Source: an uncultured Planctomycetota bacterium (GTDB taxonomy: Bacteria > Planctomycetota > Planctomycetia > Isosphaerales > Isosphaeraceae). From it: a DNA stretch of 64,000 bases. The translations under genes and the position numbers were made by a program. Positions 43,099-52,680 of the stretch are shown here, piece after piece. The stretch covers positions 320,001 through 384,000 of the forward strand of contig CAWGMQ010000006.1 in the NCBI GenBank assembly GCA_963823665.1, in the 5' to 3' direction. Numbering within the stretch: position 1 is the first letter of the stretch; every line of letters starts with the position of its first letter. The notes under the pieces were generated by a model that was given only the letters and a program-made list of their open reading frames with translations, made no database searches and was not told the origin of the DNA.

Positions 43099-44055
43099 TC
43101 ACGCCGACGGACTGAGATCGTGGTAATAGCGCACGTAATGGAAGAATAAGGGCGCCACATAGATCAAGCTGTCGATGCGATCCAGGACGCCACCGTGGCC
43201 TGGAATCAGCCTCCCCATATCTTTGATCCCCAGGTCACGCTTGAAGACGCTGACGACGAGGTCTCCTAACTGCCCCCCGACGCCGACGATCAAGCCGGCG
43301 AGGAGACAGTCCCACTTGTTGAAATCCGGGAAAGTGGGGAGCAATATCCAAGGCAGGAGGAGTGAAACCGCCAATCCACCGGCGGCGCCTTCCCAGGTTT
43401 TCTTCGGGCTGATGTTGCTGCGGAGGGGGTGCCGGCCGAACAACTTGCCGAAGGCATAGGCGGCAATGTCATTCAACTCAACAGCGAGTACCAGATAGCC
43501 CAGGTAACTGTAGGCGTGGGCGGAATTGGCCAGAAACGACACGTGCCCGAACATCCAGCCGAAATAGACGAAGCCGACGATGGCCAGGGCGAGCAACGGA
43601 AGCTGGCCCTGGCCTCGGTTGCGAACGACCGGTATCACCAGGATTGCGGCGATCACGAACACGGGCAGTGCCATGAACAGAGCGTACCAGCCCGGTTTGC
43701 CGTCGGATGGATCGCTCATCCAGCAGACGACGCCGATGGCGATGATTCCCGAATAGACCGTGGCGGTGATGATCCGATCGTGGTACAGCGCGGTGGCGCG
43801 GGCAAACTCTCGGAAACCAAAAATAGCCACGACGGTCAGGAAGACGATGGCGGCTTCGCGCCCGAGAAAAAAGCCGAGGATGAGCAGCGGCACCATGAAA
43901 AGCCAGCCGCAGTACGCTTTCCAGGCATGCCCAACGTTGGCACGTAAGCCCCATTTCAGCACTGCGAGGATGAGGCCGCCACCAATGATCAACCCGGCGG
44001 CCAGCGCCAGGTAGAACCGAAAAACTGGACTTTGACCCGCCAGAATGGGCGACAT
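43099..44055 (-). CDS. ynbB: Phosphatidate cytidylyltransferase (YnbB/CdsA-like)
   Basis: ISPKKTWEG, GDLVVSVFKRDLGIKDMG, IPGHGGVLDRIDS. Confidence 0.9.
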   Translation of the reverse strand: MSPILAGQSPVFRFYLALAAGLIIGGGLILAVLKWGLRANVGHAWKAYCGWLFMVPLLILGFFLGREAAIVFLTVVAIFGFREFARATALYHDRIITATVYSGIIAIGVVCWMSDPSDGKPGWYALFMALPVFVIAAILVIPVVRNRGQGQLPLLALAIVGFVYFGWMFGHVSFLANSAHAYSYLGYLVLAVELNDIAAYAFGKLFGRHPLRSNISPKKTWEGAAGGLAVSLLLPWILLPTFPDFNKWDCLLAGLIVGVGGQLGDLVVSVFKRDLGIKDMGRLIPGHGGVLDRIDSLIYVAPLFFHYVRYYHDLSPSA

Positions 44056-44082
44056 CGTTCCGTCCTCTGGCGGTTATTCCGG

Positions 44083-44760
44083 TTATTCCGCCGCGGACAG
44101 TTTCGGTTCCTCCTTCTTGATAACATTAATAATCTTTACTAACCGTATACATATGGTCTGTACGCAGCCGAGGAGGATTGTCAATAAAGTCCAATCGAGG
44201 ACCGTCAAGCCGCCGTAGTGAATCGTGGTGTCTCCCCACCAGGACAACCCAAGCGTGATCCATGCGCCGACGTGGAGCGCGACCATGCGCCACGGCTTTG
44301 CCATCCATCCGCTGAACTCGCGCTGGACGCCGACCGCCTGGCCAAGCGTGCCTACATAAGCCACCAGAAGCGCGAGCATCGCGACCCAGTAGCCACAGAG
44401 CGGATGGCAAAGATTGCTGTGCGCGACACCGACGAAAATGAGCACGTCGGAAATGCGATCGGGCAATTCGTTGGCGATTTCACCGGTACGGCTGGCCTTG
44501 CCAGAGGCCAGTGCGACCATGCCGTCGAGCATGTTGAGCCAGAGCCGAAGGTAGCAGAATCCCACGGCCAGGATCAACAAGGCTGGCAGTGCACCTGCCT
44601 GCCAGAAGCACAAACCCGCTGCGGCCGCCGCCACGATCGAGGAGTAGGAAACCAAGTTGGGATGGATGCCCATCCGCACAGACCATCGGACGGAGGCATG
44701 GGCCGTTTTTCGAAAACTCTGGGCGATCGGCCGTCGCCAGGCGGATTGGTAAGCGGTCAT
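44083..44760 (-). CDS. ynbA: CDP-alcohol phosphatidyltransferase (YnbA-like)
   Basis: NMLDGMVA..GEIANELPDRISD signature. Confidence 0.88.
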   Translation of the reverse strand: MTAYQSAWRRPIAQSFRKTAHASVRWSVRMGIHPNLVSYSSIVAAAAAGLCFWQAGALPALLILAVGFCYLRLWLNMLDGMVALASGKASRTGEIANELPDRISDVLIFVGVAHSNLCHPLCGYWVAMLALLVAYVGTLGQAVGVQREFSGWMAKPWRMVALHVGAWITLGLSWWGDTTIHYGGLTVLDWTLLTILLGCVQTICIRLVKIINVIKKEEPKLSAAE

Positions 44761-45091
44761 GGATTTCACCTTCCGTGGATGATCTCGCCGACTCAACAGG
44801 GCGATACACGACCGCGCGGAAAAACGCAAGGTCATTTGTTGTCGTCCGCGTTCTCTCGCGTCCAGCCTCGCCGTGCTTGGAACTCAGCAGTTGGTCAAGG
44901 GGAGTGCCACATAACCCGCGGTAAGAACACAATACCATTTGCTTTTCTCTCGACGCTCTGCGTAGGATAACGAGTCTGATCTGGAGGTCGACATGAGCTG
45001 GGCGCTCGTCGATTCCCGGTGAGTATTCAAACTGTCGGATGACAAATCGAAGGGCACCCCGGCTTTGCCGGGTGGTCCGTCGCGGAGTAAG

Positions 45092-45140
45092 CCGGCATGG
45101 TTGAGGACCCGAGGGTCCTCAACCATGCCGGTTTTTTTTT
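45092..45140 (+). terminator. Intrinsic terminator
   Basis: Perfect ~18-19 bp stem CCGGCATGGTTGAGGACCC/GGGTCCTCAACCATGCCGG followed by T9. Confidence 0.85.
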
Positions 45141-45381
45141 GTCCCACTCCGCGTGTCGCATTTCCACGAACGTTTCGTCCATGGATGTTTAACAAAGAGG
45201 AACCCGATCATGATAGACAAGAACTCCGTCGGCGCATAACACGCGCTTGACCCTGCGGGAAGGCTGCGCTCGGCTCACGACCGAAGACTTCGACCGATTC
45301 GACCTCGAGCGCGAAACAACGATATGAACCAGGATTTTCATCTGGCGACGATGGCCCGAGTTTTACTGCGAGGAGTTCACG

Positions 45382-46035
45382 ATGAAGACGGACAGACAGT
45401 TGCAGAAGGATGTCATGGACGAGCTCAAGTGGGAGCCAAGAGTCACCGCGGCCGAGATCGGCGTATCCGCCGCCGACGGGGTCGTGACGCTCAACGGCAC
45501 CGTCCCGACCTACGCCGAGAAATGGGCCGCCGAACGGGCGGCTCAGCGGGTGGAAGGCGTCAAGGTGATCGCCGATGACATCCAGATCAAGCCCAGCGGC
45601 GCCCATACCAGGAGCGACACGGAGATCGCAACGTGCGCAGCCGCGTCCCTGAAGTCGCATGTCTGGGTGCCGACCGACATCAAGGCCACAGTGCGGGACG
45701 GATGGGTGACATTGACGGGGGTGGTGAACTGGGAGTTCCAGCAGAGGGCGGCGACCGACTCCGTTCGCTTTCTGGCCGGCGTAAAAGGCGTGATGAACGA
45801 CATCTTCGTGAAACCGTCGGCCCGGCCGGACGCCGTCAAGGACGCGATCGAGAAGGCTTTGGTCAGAAACGCCGAGATCGACGCCCAGAACGTCAAAGTG
45901 GCGACAGCAGGCGGGGCAGTGACCTTGTCCGGCAGCGTCCGGTCATGGGGCGAGAGATACCAGGCCGCGGCGACCGCCTGGAACGCCCCGGGTGTTGATA
46001 GCGTGCAAAACGACATTAACGTCGCGCGCGTGTAA
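45382..46035 (+). CDS. Triple BON-domain protein (OsmY-like)
   Basis: MKTDRQLQKDVMDELKWEP, three G.VTL.G.V motifs, AWNAPGV; GAGGAG RBS. Confidence 0.92.
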   Translation: MKTDRQLQKDVMDELKWEPRVTAAEIGVSAADGVVTLNGTVPTYAEKWAAERAAQRVEGVKVIADDIQIKPSGAHTRSDTEIATCAAASLKSHVWVPTDIKATVRDGWVTLTGVVNWEFQQRAATDSVRFLAGVKGVMNDIFVKPSARPDAVKDAIEKALVRNAEIDAQNVKVATAGGAVTLSGSVRSWGERYQAAATAWNAPGVDSVQNDINVARV

Positions 46036-46151
46036 GGAGCTTGTGCGATTTGAGTTCGATTTACCGTTGCGCCGAAATGCGCGCCGGCCGGTACTGCTCT
46101 GAGCCTGCTGTTACCCTCAGGCGACTACAACCTCCTACGAAAGGCGATTAC

Positions 46152-46409
46152 ATGCACGCAACCTCATTCCGCAAACTCGTTCAGGCATATGACGTGTGGA
46201 CCCCCGTCGCCTTTTCGGCCATTCTCACCGTGATCACGCTGGTGACGTACGTTGCCAGTGGCCTGTCAGACGCGTGGATCGTCCCGTTCGTTGCCTTTCA
46301 GCCGATCATGTTCGCGTACGTGGCCTTCTCGCAGCGGCAAGATCGCCGGCACATCAAGATGCTGGAAGCACGATTGCCTCATCTGAGTGCTAACGAATTG
46401 GCCCCCTGA
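46152..46409 (+). CDS. Small 2-TM membrane protein
   Basis: AAAGG RBS and two hydrophobic helices. Confidence 0.55.
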   Translation: MHATSFRKLVQAYDVWTPVAFSAILTVITLVTYVASGLSDAWIVPFVAFQPIMFAYVAFSQRQDRRHIKMLEARLPHLSANELAP

Positions 46410-46439
46410 CCCGACGCCCGGCGTGTTGCCTCCGTTAAA

Positions 46440-46596
46440 CGTGTCGCATTACGAAACCCAGTTGAAAAACTGCAAGCTGATCTTGGTCGCCCACGGGACG
46501 TCCGAAGAAGTGGAACGCGCCAAGGACATCTTGGATCGGTCCACGGCAATTTCAGCCACGGTTCATGGCGCGGAGCTGGCGAAAGTCGGCGCGTGA
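46440..46596 (+). pseudogene. C-terminal fragment of a general-stress/DUF1269-like membrane protein
   Basis: YETQLK..KLILVAHGTSEEVERAKDIL with no N-terminal part. Confidence 0.55.
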
Positions 46597-46638
46597 TCGA
46601 ACGGCAAAGGCTTAACACAAACCGAGAGGGTCCAAGCC

Positions 46639-46860
46639 ATGAAAGAAATCCAGGTTACCTTTCCCGAACTCGCGCTCCTGGTCGGCACCCGTGCGGCCTT
46701 GGGCGCGGGGCTGGGCCTCTTGCTGGCGGGTCGTCTGACCGGGAACGTGCGCAAGGCCGTGGGGGTGACTCTCCTCATGGTCGGCGCAGTGACCACTGTT
46801 CCACTCGCGTTCGAGATGCTCGGTAAGGTCAGCACACGTGACCCGGTGTGGCGGCCATAG
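46639..46860 (+). CDS. Small conserved membrane protein
   Basis: GAGGG RBS; PELALLVGTRAALGAGLGLLLA..RKAVG.TLLMVGAVTTVP. Confidence 0.75.
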   Translation: MKEIQVTFPELALLVGTRAALGAGLGLLLAGRLTGNVRKAVGVTLLMVGAVTTVPLAFEMLGKVSTRDPVWRP

Positions 46861-46955
46861 TCTGCGACCACACATGGCGAGCGGCTCATCGTTTGCGTTT
46901 GATTCACCGCCGGCCCGACGCCGCGGAGCCGCAACTCGAGACACCGTGAATCTAG

Positions 46956-47213
46956 TTGGACAAAGCGATTCGAGATGACGACTTGAAGACAGCCGGGAAG
47001 CATTTGATGGCGGCCGCGGATCTTATGCGCAACGCCGCTCAATCCGCCAACCTCGAGTATGGTTCGGAAGCCTACGACATCTACGACGGATACGCGCCGT
47101 ATGGCTACTGGGATGAAACGATCGTCTTCGAAAAGAGCAAGCTCGAGTCGAACTTGAACACGATCAAGACCGAGCTCGACAAGCTCGCCACCAAGCTGGG
47201 AGCGAGCCAGTAG
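46956..47213 (+). pseudogene. Probable 3' fragment of a helical hypothetical protein
   Basis: Coding-like codon usage and amphipathic helices, but no convincing start or RBS. Confidence 0.4.
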
Positions 47214-47559
47214 TCTCCTTGAACCCGCTCACCGAGCTGAATATCGGGCTGGGTGAGCGATTCCGTTGCAATTCGACCCGCCTCCACTCCCGCCCGCCAT
47301 TGCAAAAAGAGGGAAGTGCTCCAGGTTTTCGTTTACGGGCATTCCGCAGTCTATTACTGCTGGCCGCTCTGGGCGGCGGGCTGAGACTGCGGAGTCCGAC
47401 TGTCCCGAGATCAGTGGATTATCCTGCTCAAGTTCATTTGGCGGTCAGGTGCCAGTTTTCCAGGTTCAAGCCAGGCACCCGGCTGAACTCTGCGGTATTG
47501 GCGGTGACGAGTGTAAGACTGGCAGAGCGGGCATGACCGGCCAATGCACGTCGTAGTAT

Positions 47560-47836
47560 TGGCAACAATCACCCCAGAATCGGAGCCGGCGGAACTCGCC
47601 CTTGGGTTGGACGCGCGAAGGCCTGGCGGTTCCTGGCAGACGCGCTTGAAACCGCCAGGCGCCTGGTTTCATCTCGCAGGCTTGGTATCAGTGAATGGCG
47701 GATCGGTGTCACAGAAGAAAAACAATTGGATACGACCACCTGTCATGCCGCGGACCGTGACCTCTGTGTTTACGGCACTTCTCCAAAAGTCTGCGGGCAC
47801 CTTCGTGCTGGTTTTTTTGTTACCAATCCATATAAG
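47560..47836 (+). mobile_element. Possible orphan IS110/IS1111-type right non-coding end (no transposase)
   Basis: Non-coding, with hairpin GCCTGGCGGTT/AACCGCCAGGC, TGGATACG...GCCGCGGACCGTGACCTCT and terminal CCAATCCATATAAG. The resemblance to IS110-family ends is from memory. Confidence 0.5.
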
Positions 47837-47875
47837 AGGATTTTCTGAGGCATGACTCCGGTGTCCGATGGCGGC

Positions 47876-47904
47876 TTGCTGCATGATCTTGCCGAAGCTA
47901 ATCT
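47876..47904 (+). promoter_or_regulatory. sigma70-type promoter inside the inverted repeat
   Basis: TTGCTG-17 nt-TAATCT, 6 nt before the first RNA stem. Confidence 0.6.
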
Positions 47905-47910
47905 GACACT

Positions 47911-48030
47911 ACCTGGTGAAACGGACTCGGGCTCTGCGGGGACGCAACCCGAGGAGGGATAATCAGGTCGACGGTGCGCCGAGGGTGCATCAGGCCCCTG
48001 GTGGTGAAAGCCATCGGGGGTCTTTCCTTG
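47911..48030 (+). ncRNA. Candidate ~120-nt structured ncRNA (IS110 bridge-RNA-like architecture)
   Basis: ACCTGGT/ATCAGGT stem, 8x8 internal loop, CTCGGG/CCCGAG stem, TGCG-GGGA-CGCA cap, a second hairpin, then a 13-bp GAAA-capped hairpin followed by TTTCCTT. Confidence 0.55.
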
Positions 48031-48386
48031 ATGCCATCGGACACCGGAGTCATGCCTCAGAAAATCCACCCAAATTCTGGTATTCGGGATGCCAGAACAC
48101 CGTTGAAGTGCATGGGCTTCGAGGTTGTCAGCCCCGTCCTTCTATCCGCGCATTGGAGAAGAGCCGCATCTACATCTCGTCGGTCTGAGGCGGAGCCTCG
48201 TTAGATGTCTACCGTTCTTCTGCAACCGTTCACGGCCTCACAGTGGGCAGTTCCCGCACCTTCTTTTCTGACCTGAACCTGCGACTTGGCGGCAACGTGC
48301 GAGTTGGCGGCGCCGAGCGACAGAGTTTCCGTCCCCTCCCAGTTTCCGTCCTGTAGTCTGAACAAACCGGAGTGCAAAGAATCAAT

Positions 48387-49607
48387 TCACGGAAACGCCC
48401 GTTTGCCGTTCAACATCCAGCCGATCGGAGTGTAGCGGACGAACACGAGGTAAGTCGCGAAGCAGAACAGGAAAGTTCCACTTAATGTTATGAGCAGCTT
48501 CACCACCAGGACGAGAGGAGTCTCGGCCAGTATGGTTTGCAGAAAGATCACGACAGGGAGATGAACAAGATAGATCCAGTACGAGGCATCCGACACGAGT
48601 CGAAGCACCGGACTGCGGCGCGACAGGTAGCGCTGCCCGGTCAACAGTGCGAGCAGAGTCAATAGCGCAGCGAGATACACCGTCAACACTCCTTCGACAA
48701 CTTGCCAGGGAAGGCTCAGGTGTTTCATTTCTCCTGTTTCGAAAATTGATGGGTCGAGTTTAGGCAGGAGCATATAATACGGGAGAAACAGCACGAGACC
48801 TATCACGGCAATTCCCCCGATCCAGGGCCTCAGCGGCGCAAGGGACGCTTCACGACCAAAAAGCCGCCACCCTGCCCAGTAGAAGAGTCCGTAGAACAGG
48901 AACGGCCAGAACTGGGGAATGAACGATTCCGGCGCGGGGATCCCGATTCCAGCAAGCAGGAGGCCGGGTAACAGCGCCACTGGGGCGAGCGCCAACAGCC
49001 AGGGGCGGCAGAAGAACCAGTCCAAATTCGGCCCGCGGAATCGCGACAAGACAACTGTCAGGGCGGCGAACAGGATCAGGTAATACAGAAACCAAAGGTG
49101 CATGGTGGTCCAGGGCTGGCTCCGGTTAGCTTGGGGATTCTCCTTCGCCGCCTTGACGATGACGCCCATTAATCCCAAGGGATGGCACAGGTAAAACATG
49201 GCGAACACGGTCACCCCGATCAAAAGCGCCAGGAGGAGCGGGTAGAAGAGAACGAACGGGCACGCGATTCGGACGGTGCGGTTCCAGACAAAGCTCTTCA
49301 GTCCCTTGCGGGTGATCATCAGCCGAGCAAAGTACCCGGAAATCAGAAAGAACAACCCCATCCGAAACAGATGAATGAAATTGAAAGACGCATCCACCAG
49401 GACACTCGATTGCGGGTCGGTTACCAGCCAGACGATCTGGGTGGGATTCGCGTAAGCCACGGCACCATGAAGGAACACGCCCAACAGCATCGCCAGGGCG
49501 CGCAAGTTGTCCAGATAATGGATCCGGTCGGTCGCGTGGCTGGATGCGGCGGCGGCCGGAGTGAGAGTTTCCAGTGCGGGGGAGCTGATCTGGATTACCG
49601 ACATCAT
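48387..49607 (-). CDS. Acyltransferase family 3 (OpgC/MdoC-like)
   Basis: RIHYLDNLRALAMLLG, HLFRMGLFFLISGYF, HLWFLYYL, SDASYWIYLVH. Confidence 0.9.
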   Translation of the reverse strand: MMSVIQISSPALETLTPAAAASSHATDRIHYLDNLRALAMLLGVFLHGAVAYANPTQIVWLVTDPQSSVLVDASFNFIHLFRMGLFFLISGYFARLMITRKGLKSFVWNRTVRIACPFVLFYPLLLALLIGVTVFAMFYLCHPLGLMGVIVKAAKENPQANRSQPWTTMHLWFLYYLILFAALTVVLSRFRGPNLDWFFCRPWLLALAPVALLPGLLLAGIGIPAPESFIPQFWPFLFYGLFYWAGWRLFGREASLAPLRPWIGGIAVIGLVLFLPYYMLLPKLDPSIFETGEMKHLSLPWQVVEGVLTVYLAALLTLLALLTGQRYLSRRSPVLRLVSDASYWIYLVHLPVVIFLQTILAETPLVLVVKLLITLSGTFLFCFATYLVFVRYTPIGWMLNGKRAFP

Positions 49608-49735
49608 TGAAGCCTTCTGGAAGACGACGCGCGTTTTAAAAGAGGACAGTTCTGGACAGTCTGTGTTTGCACTGCCAGTTTGCGGAGGGAAATGAGCGCA
49701 ATCGAAAGGGACAGTCCGCTCGCTCAAGACGCTGC

Positions 49736-50410
49736 TCACACCAGATCGCGTTTGCGCGTCTGCACCGCCAGGGCCATTGCAAGCGCCGCGACAATGATCC
49801 CCAGCTCGATGCACATGATCTCCATGCTCAGCGGGCTGAATCGCAGCAAATCGCTCTTCGACATTTCTTCGACTTCAGGCACCTGCAAAAGTTTCATCAG
49901 AAACACGTTGAGAAACACATTGCAGGCCACCATGACGCACACGGTCCAACCTACCGATTCCGAGATAACTGCCGTTACCAGTTGCACGGTATACGCCGCG
50001 AGCAATTCGAGAAACACCACGACCAGCATGGGAATCGCACCAACGTGGCCCCACGGCAGCGCGGCCGTCAGGACGATGGAACAGGCGAACATCGTGGACC
50101 ATGGGATCAGGAACGTGGTCAAGACGACGGCGATCTTGGCGACGGAATAATCGAGCAGGCTGACAGGCAGGCTGAGGATGAAGGCCCGCGTCTGATCATT
50201 CCCCTCCGACAGGAGCAGTTCCCCGAGCAGGTGCATGCCCGACCCGATCGCCACTGTCAGGATCAGGACGAACCCGATGAAGGCGAAGGTCGGATGCGGA
50301 ACAACACCGATCGCCGAACACGCAATCCCCGCGGCAAGGTATGCGAAGAGCGGGCGGCGACTCAGGTACAAGTCTTTCAGAAACAGAATGCTGATTGCCT
50401 GAGTGTTCAT
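49736..50410 (-). CDS. ABC-2 type transporter permease
   Basis: LFLKD, LSLPVS..YSVAK, about 6 TM helices; overlaps the ATPase stop. Confidence 0.85.
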   Translation of the reverse strand: MNTQAISILFLKDLYLSRRPLFAYLAAGIACSAIGVVPHPTFAFIGFVLILTVAIGSGMHLLGELLLSEGNDQTRAFILSLPVSLLDYSVAKIAVVLTTFLIPWSTMFACSIVLTAALPWGHVGAIPMLVVVFLELLAAYTVQLVTAVISESVGWTVCVMVACNVFLNVFLMKLLQVPEVEEMSKSDLLRFSPLSMEIMCIELGIIVAALAMALAVQTRKRDLV

Positions 50411-51337
50411 GACGAAGCCTCCTCGCGTCCACGCATGACAAGACTGACAAAGATCTCCTCCAGCGTCATTCGCTCGACTCCCTCAAGAATCGCGCCGGAC
50501 CCCTGAAGCGATTCCAGCACTCCCTGGTCAAAGTGGTCCAGCGATAGCACCCGTTGGCTGCGGAAATGAGATTCCAGTCGGATCCCCGGCAACGCGGGAA
50601 CCTGCCACTCGGCGGGGGCCTGCAGGCGAACTGCGCCGCCACTGTTCCAGGAGCTCATCCCGTGCCCGCGAGGCGATCACGCGGCCGCGATCGATGAAGG
50701 TGATCGAATCGCTGAGCTTCTCGACGTCCTGTGTATTGTGGGACGAGAATAAAATCGTACGATCTTCATCCTCGACGACGCGCATCAGCTCGGTGATGAC
50801 TTCGTGCCGGGCCACGGGATCGAGCCCCGTGGTCGGCTCGTCCAGGATCAAAATGCGCGGCCGCCGCGCGAGAATCAGCAGCAGCAAGGCCTTGACACGT
50901 TGCCCGTGCGAGAGCCCCTTTACGCGTTGTTCGGGATTCAGTCCAAATCGGTCCAGCAGTTGTCGAGCGTAGGCGTCATCCCAATTGGGATAGACCGAGC
51001 GCACGAACTGCAGATGCCAGCCGATGGTTTCCCGTTTGTATAAGCGCATGTCTTCCGAGTAATAGCCGATCTGCTGCTTGACGGTGGCTTGGTGGGACGA
51101 AATCGGCTGTCCCAGCACAGAGACGGCGCCGGAATCGGGAGTGACCAGTCCCATCATGATCCGCATCGTCGTCGATTTGCCCGCGCCATTGGGCCCGATC
51201 AGCCCGGCCACTGATCCTTGGGGAAAATCGAGCGAAATGTCGGAGAGCATGAAATGAGGATAACGCTTGGAAACGTGCGATAAAGAGATCGCCAGTTCTG
51301 TTTGCTCACTGACAGCGACACTCGTGGGATGGTTCAT
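50407..51337 (-). CDS. ABC transporter ATP-binding protein; 1 frameshift near 50635
   Basis: GPNGAGKST, LSHGQ, ILDEPTTGLDP, SSH; the C-terminal MTLEEIFV lies in the adjacent frame. Confidence 0.9.
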
Positions 51338-51358
51338 GAATAACCTCGTTGCGATAGT

Positions 51359-51754
51359 TCAATGGCCACGTTGCGATTGTTCGATGGCCACTGTCAGGCG
51401 TTTCTGCAATTCGGCTTTGGAAAGCCCCAGCAGCGACCCCAGGTCGGCCGCGATGGCCAGGTGAGATTCCAGCTCGCGGACATGAATCGTCGCCTGCAGA
51501 TCGGGACGATCGGCCACGACGGAACCCTTTCCCTGCCGGGTTGTGATGACCCCGTCTCTTTCCAGTTCCAGATACGCTCGTTTGATCGTGATGACGCTAA
51601 CCTGCAGCTCGGACGCCAACTGACGAATCGAGGGAAGCTCTGTCCCGGCCGGCAGATCCCCCACCGCCACCCGCCGCCGCACCTGTTCCATCACCTGAAG
51701 ATAAAGGGGCCGCGGATCGGTTTGAGAAATCACGATCCAACTGTGATTAGTCAT
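51359..51754 (-). CDS. GntR (YtrA-subfamily) transcriptional regulator
   Basis: PLYLQV, LPSIRQLA..VSVITIKRAYLELERDG, GKGS; lies upstream of ABC genes. Confidence 0.92.
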   Translation of the reverse strand: MTNHSWIVISQTDPRPLYLQVMEQVRRRVAVGDLPAGTELPSIRQLASELQVSVITIKRAYLELERDGVITTRQGKGSVVADRPDLQATIHVRELESHLAIAADLGSLLGLSKAELQKRLTVAIEQSQRGH

Positions 51755-51788
51755 ATACACAGTATACACAGTAGCGCGGGATCGTCAA
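51755..51788 (-). promoter_or_regulatory. Leaderless promoter with overlapping GntR/YtrA-type operator
   Basis: TTGACG-16 nt-TATACT (preceded by TGTG)-6 nt-ATG; CTGTGTATA occurs twice. Confidence 0.65.
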
Positions 51789-51960
51789 GTCTGTTTTTAC
51801 CCGGGCGGCCAAAGAGGTCGTAGAGCTTATGGAGGCGATCGTTCGGGCGCGAACCTCCGCCAAGGAAGTGCGGTCGTCGGGAGGCGGATTTTCTGGCATG
51901 ATGTTCTTGGTTCATGGGAACAAACTCGGCACCGCCGCCGCTCGGAAGTGGAACACAAGA

Positions 51961-52347
51961 ATGCAAGCATCGGTATTTATTGCGCAGCTCTTGGGGCCGA
52001 TGTTCGTCGTCGCCGGAGTCGCTTTTCTGGTCAAGCCGCAAATGATTCGAACCATCTTGCCGGAATTTATCCGCAGCCCGACCTGGCTCTATCTGGCCGG
52101 CTTCATGGGCTTGCTCGTCGGCATGGCGCTGGTGCTGACTCATCGTGTCTGGGCGCTGGACTGGCGGCTCATGATCACTGTCATTGGTTGGCTCACGCTT
52201 GTGCGCGCGCTGATTACCATTTTCCAACCGCAATGGATCGTCGCGGCCGGCAATGCGATGCTCGCGCATCGCGGGATCTACGTCGGTGCCGCCGTGACCG
52301 AATTGATCATCGGCCTGGTCTTGAGCTACTTCGGCTACGCGTCGTAA
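51961..52347 (+). CDS. Conserved 4-TM membrane protein
   Basis: FIAQLLGP, LVLTHRVW..DWRLMITVIGW, GLVLSYFGY. Confidence 0.8.
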   Translation: MQASVFIAQLLGPMFVVAGVAFLVKPQMIRTILPEFIRSPTWLYLAGFMGLLVGMALVLTHRVWALDWRLMITVIGWLTLVRALITIFQPQWIVAAGNAMLAHRGIYVGAAVTELIIGLVLSYFGYAS

Positions 52348-52559
52348 TCGCCTCTCGCGACCCGCGGACTCCTACCCTGTCTCGTCCCGTCAGGTCGCCG
52401 AACTTGCGATTCCCGATCTGGTCAATTTGGGCGGACTGATCCTGCTCGCAAGGAAGTCAGGATCGCCGCTGTAAACGATTGTCAGCCTCTGGTTCAACAC
52501 GGCGTTGAGCTGGAACATCAACGTTGTCGCACCGCCGCTCACGGCCGCCGTTGAGGCCG

Positions 52560-52680
52560 TCGGCATTGAAGGTGGTGGAGAAGGCGCCGATGTCCGCATT
52601 GCGCGAATCGAGGGGCTCGCCGCGCTGGTCGGTGGTGACGCCGGTGAGGGCGGCGCTGCCGGGGATGCGCCCGGTCGGGC
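52560..52680 (-). pseudogene. Fragment of a choice-of-anchor Q surface-protein gene
   Basis: PGSAA..VTTDQRGEP..ADIGAF with no flanking homology. Confidence 0.5.

Larger units (their letters stand above)
47838..48067. repeat. Perfect 35-bp inverted repeat enclosing 160 bp
   Basis: GGATTTTCTGAGGCATGACTCCGGTGTCCGATGGC (47838-47872) is the exact reverse complement of 48033-48067. Confidence 0.95.

Noticed and set aside
47634..47645. 12-nt match TGGCAGACGCGC between the IS110-like end and the tRNA-Leu core at 32784, suggesting a guide targeting the att sites
   Set aside because: A single 12-mer in GC-rich DNA found post hoc is compatible with chance, and no second guide segment was identified.
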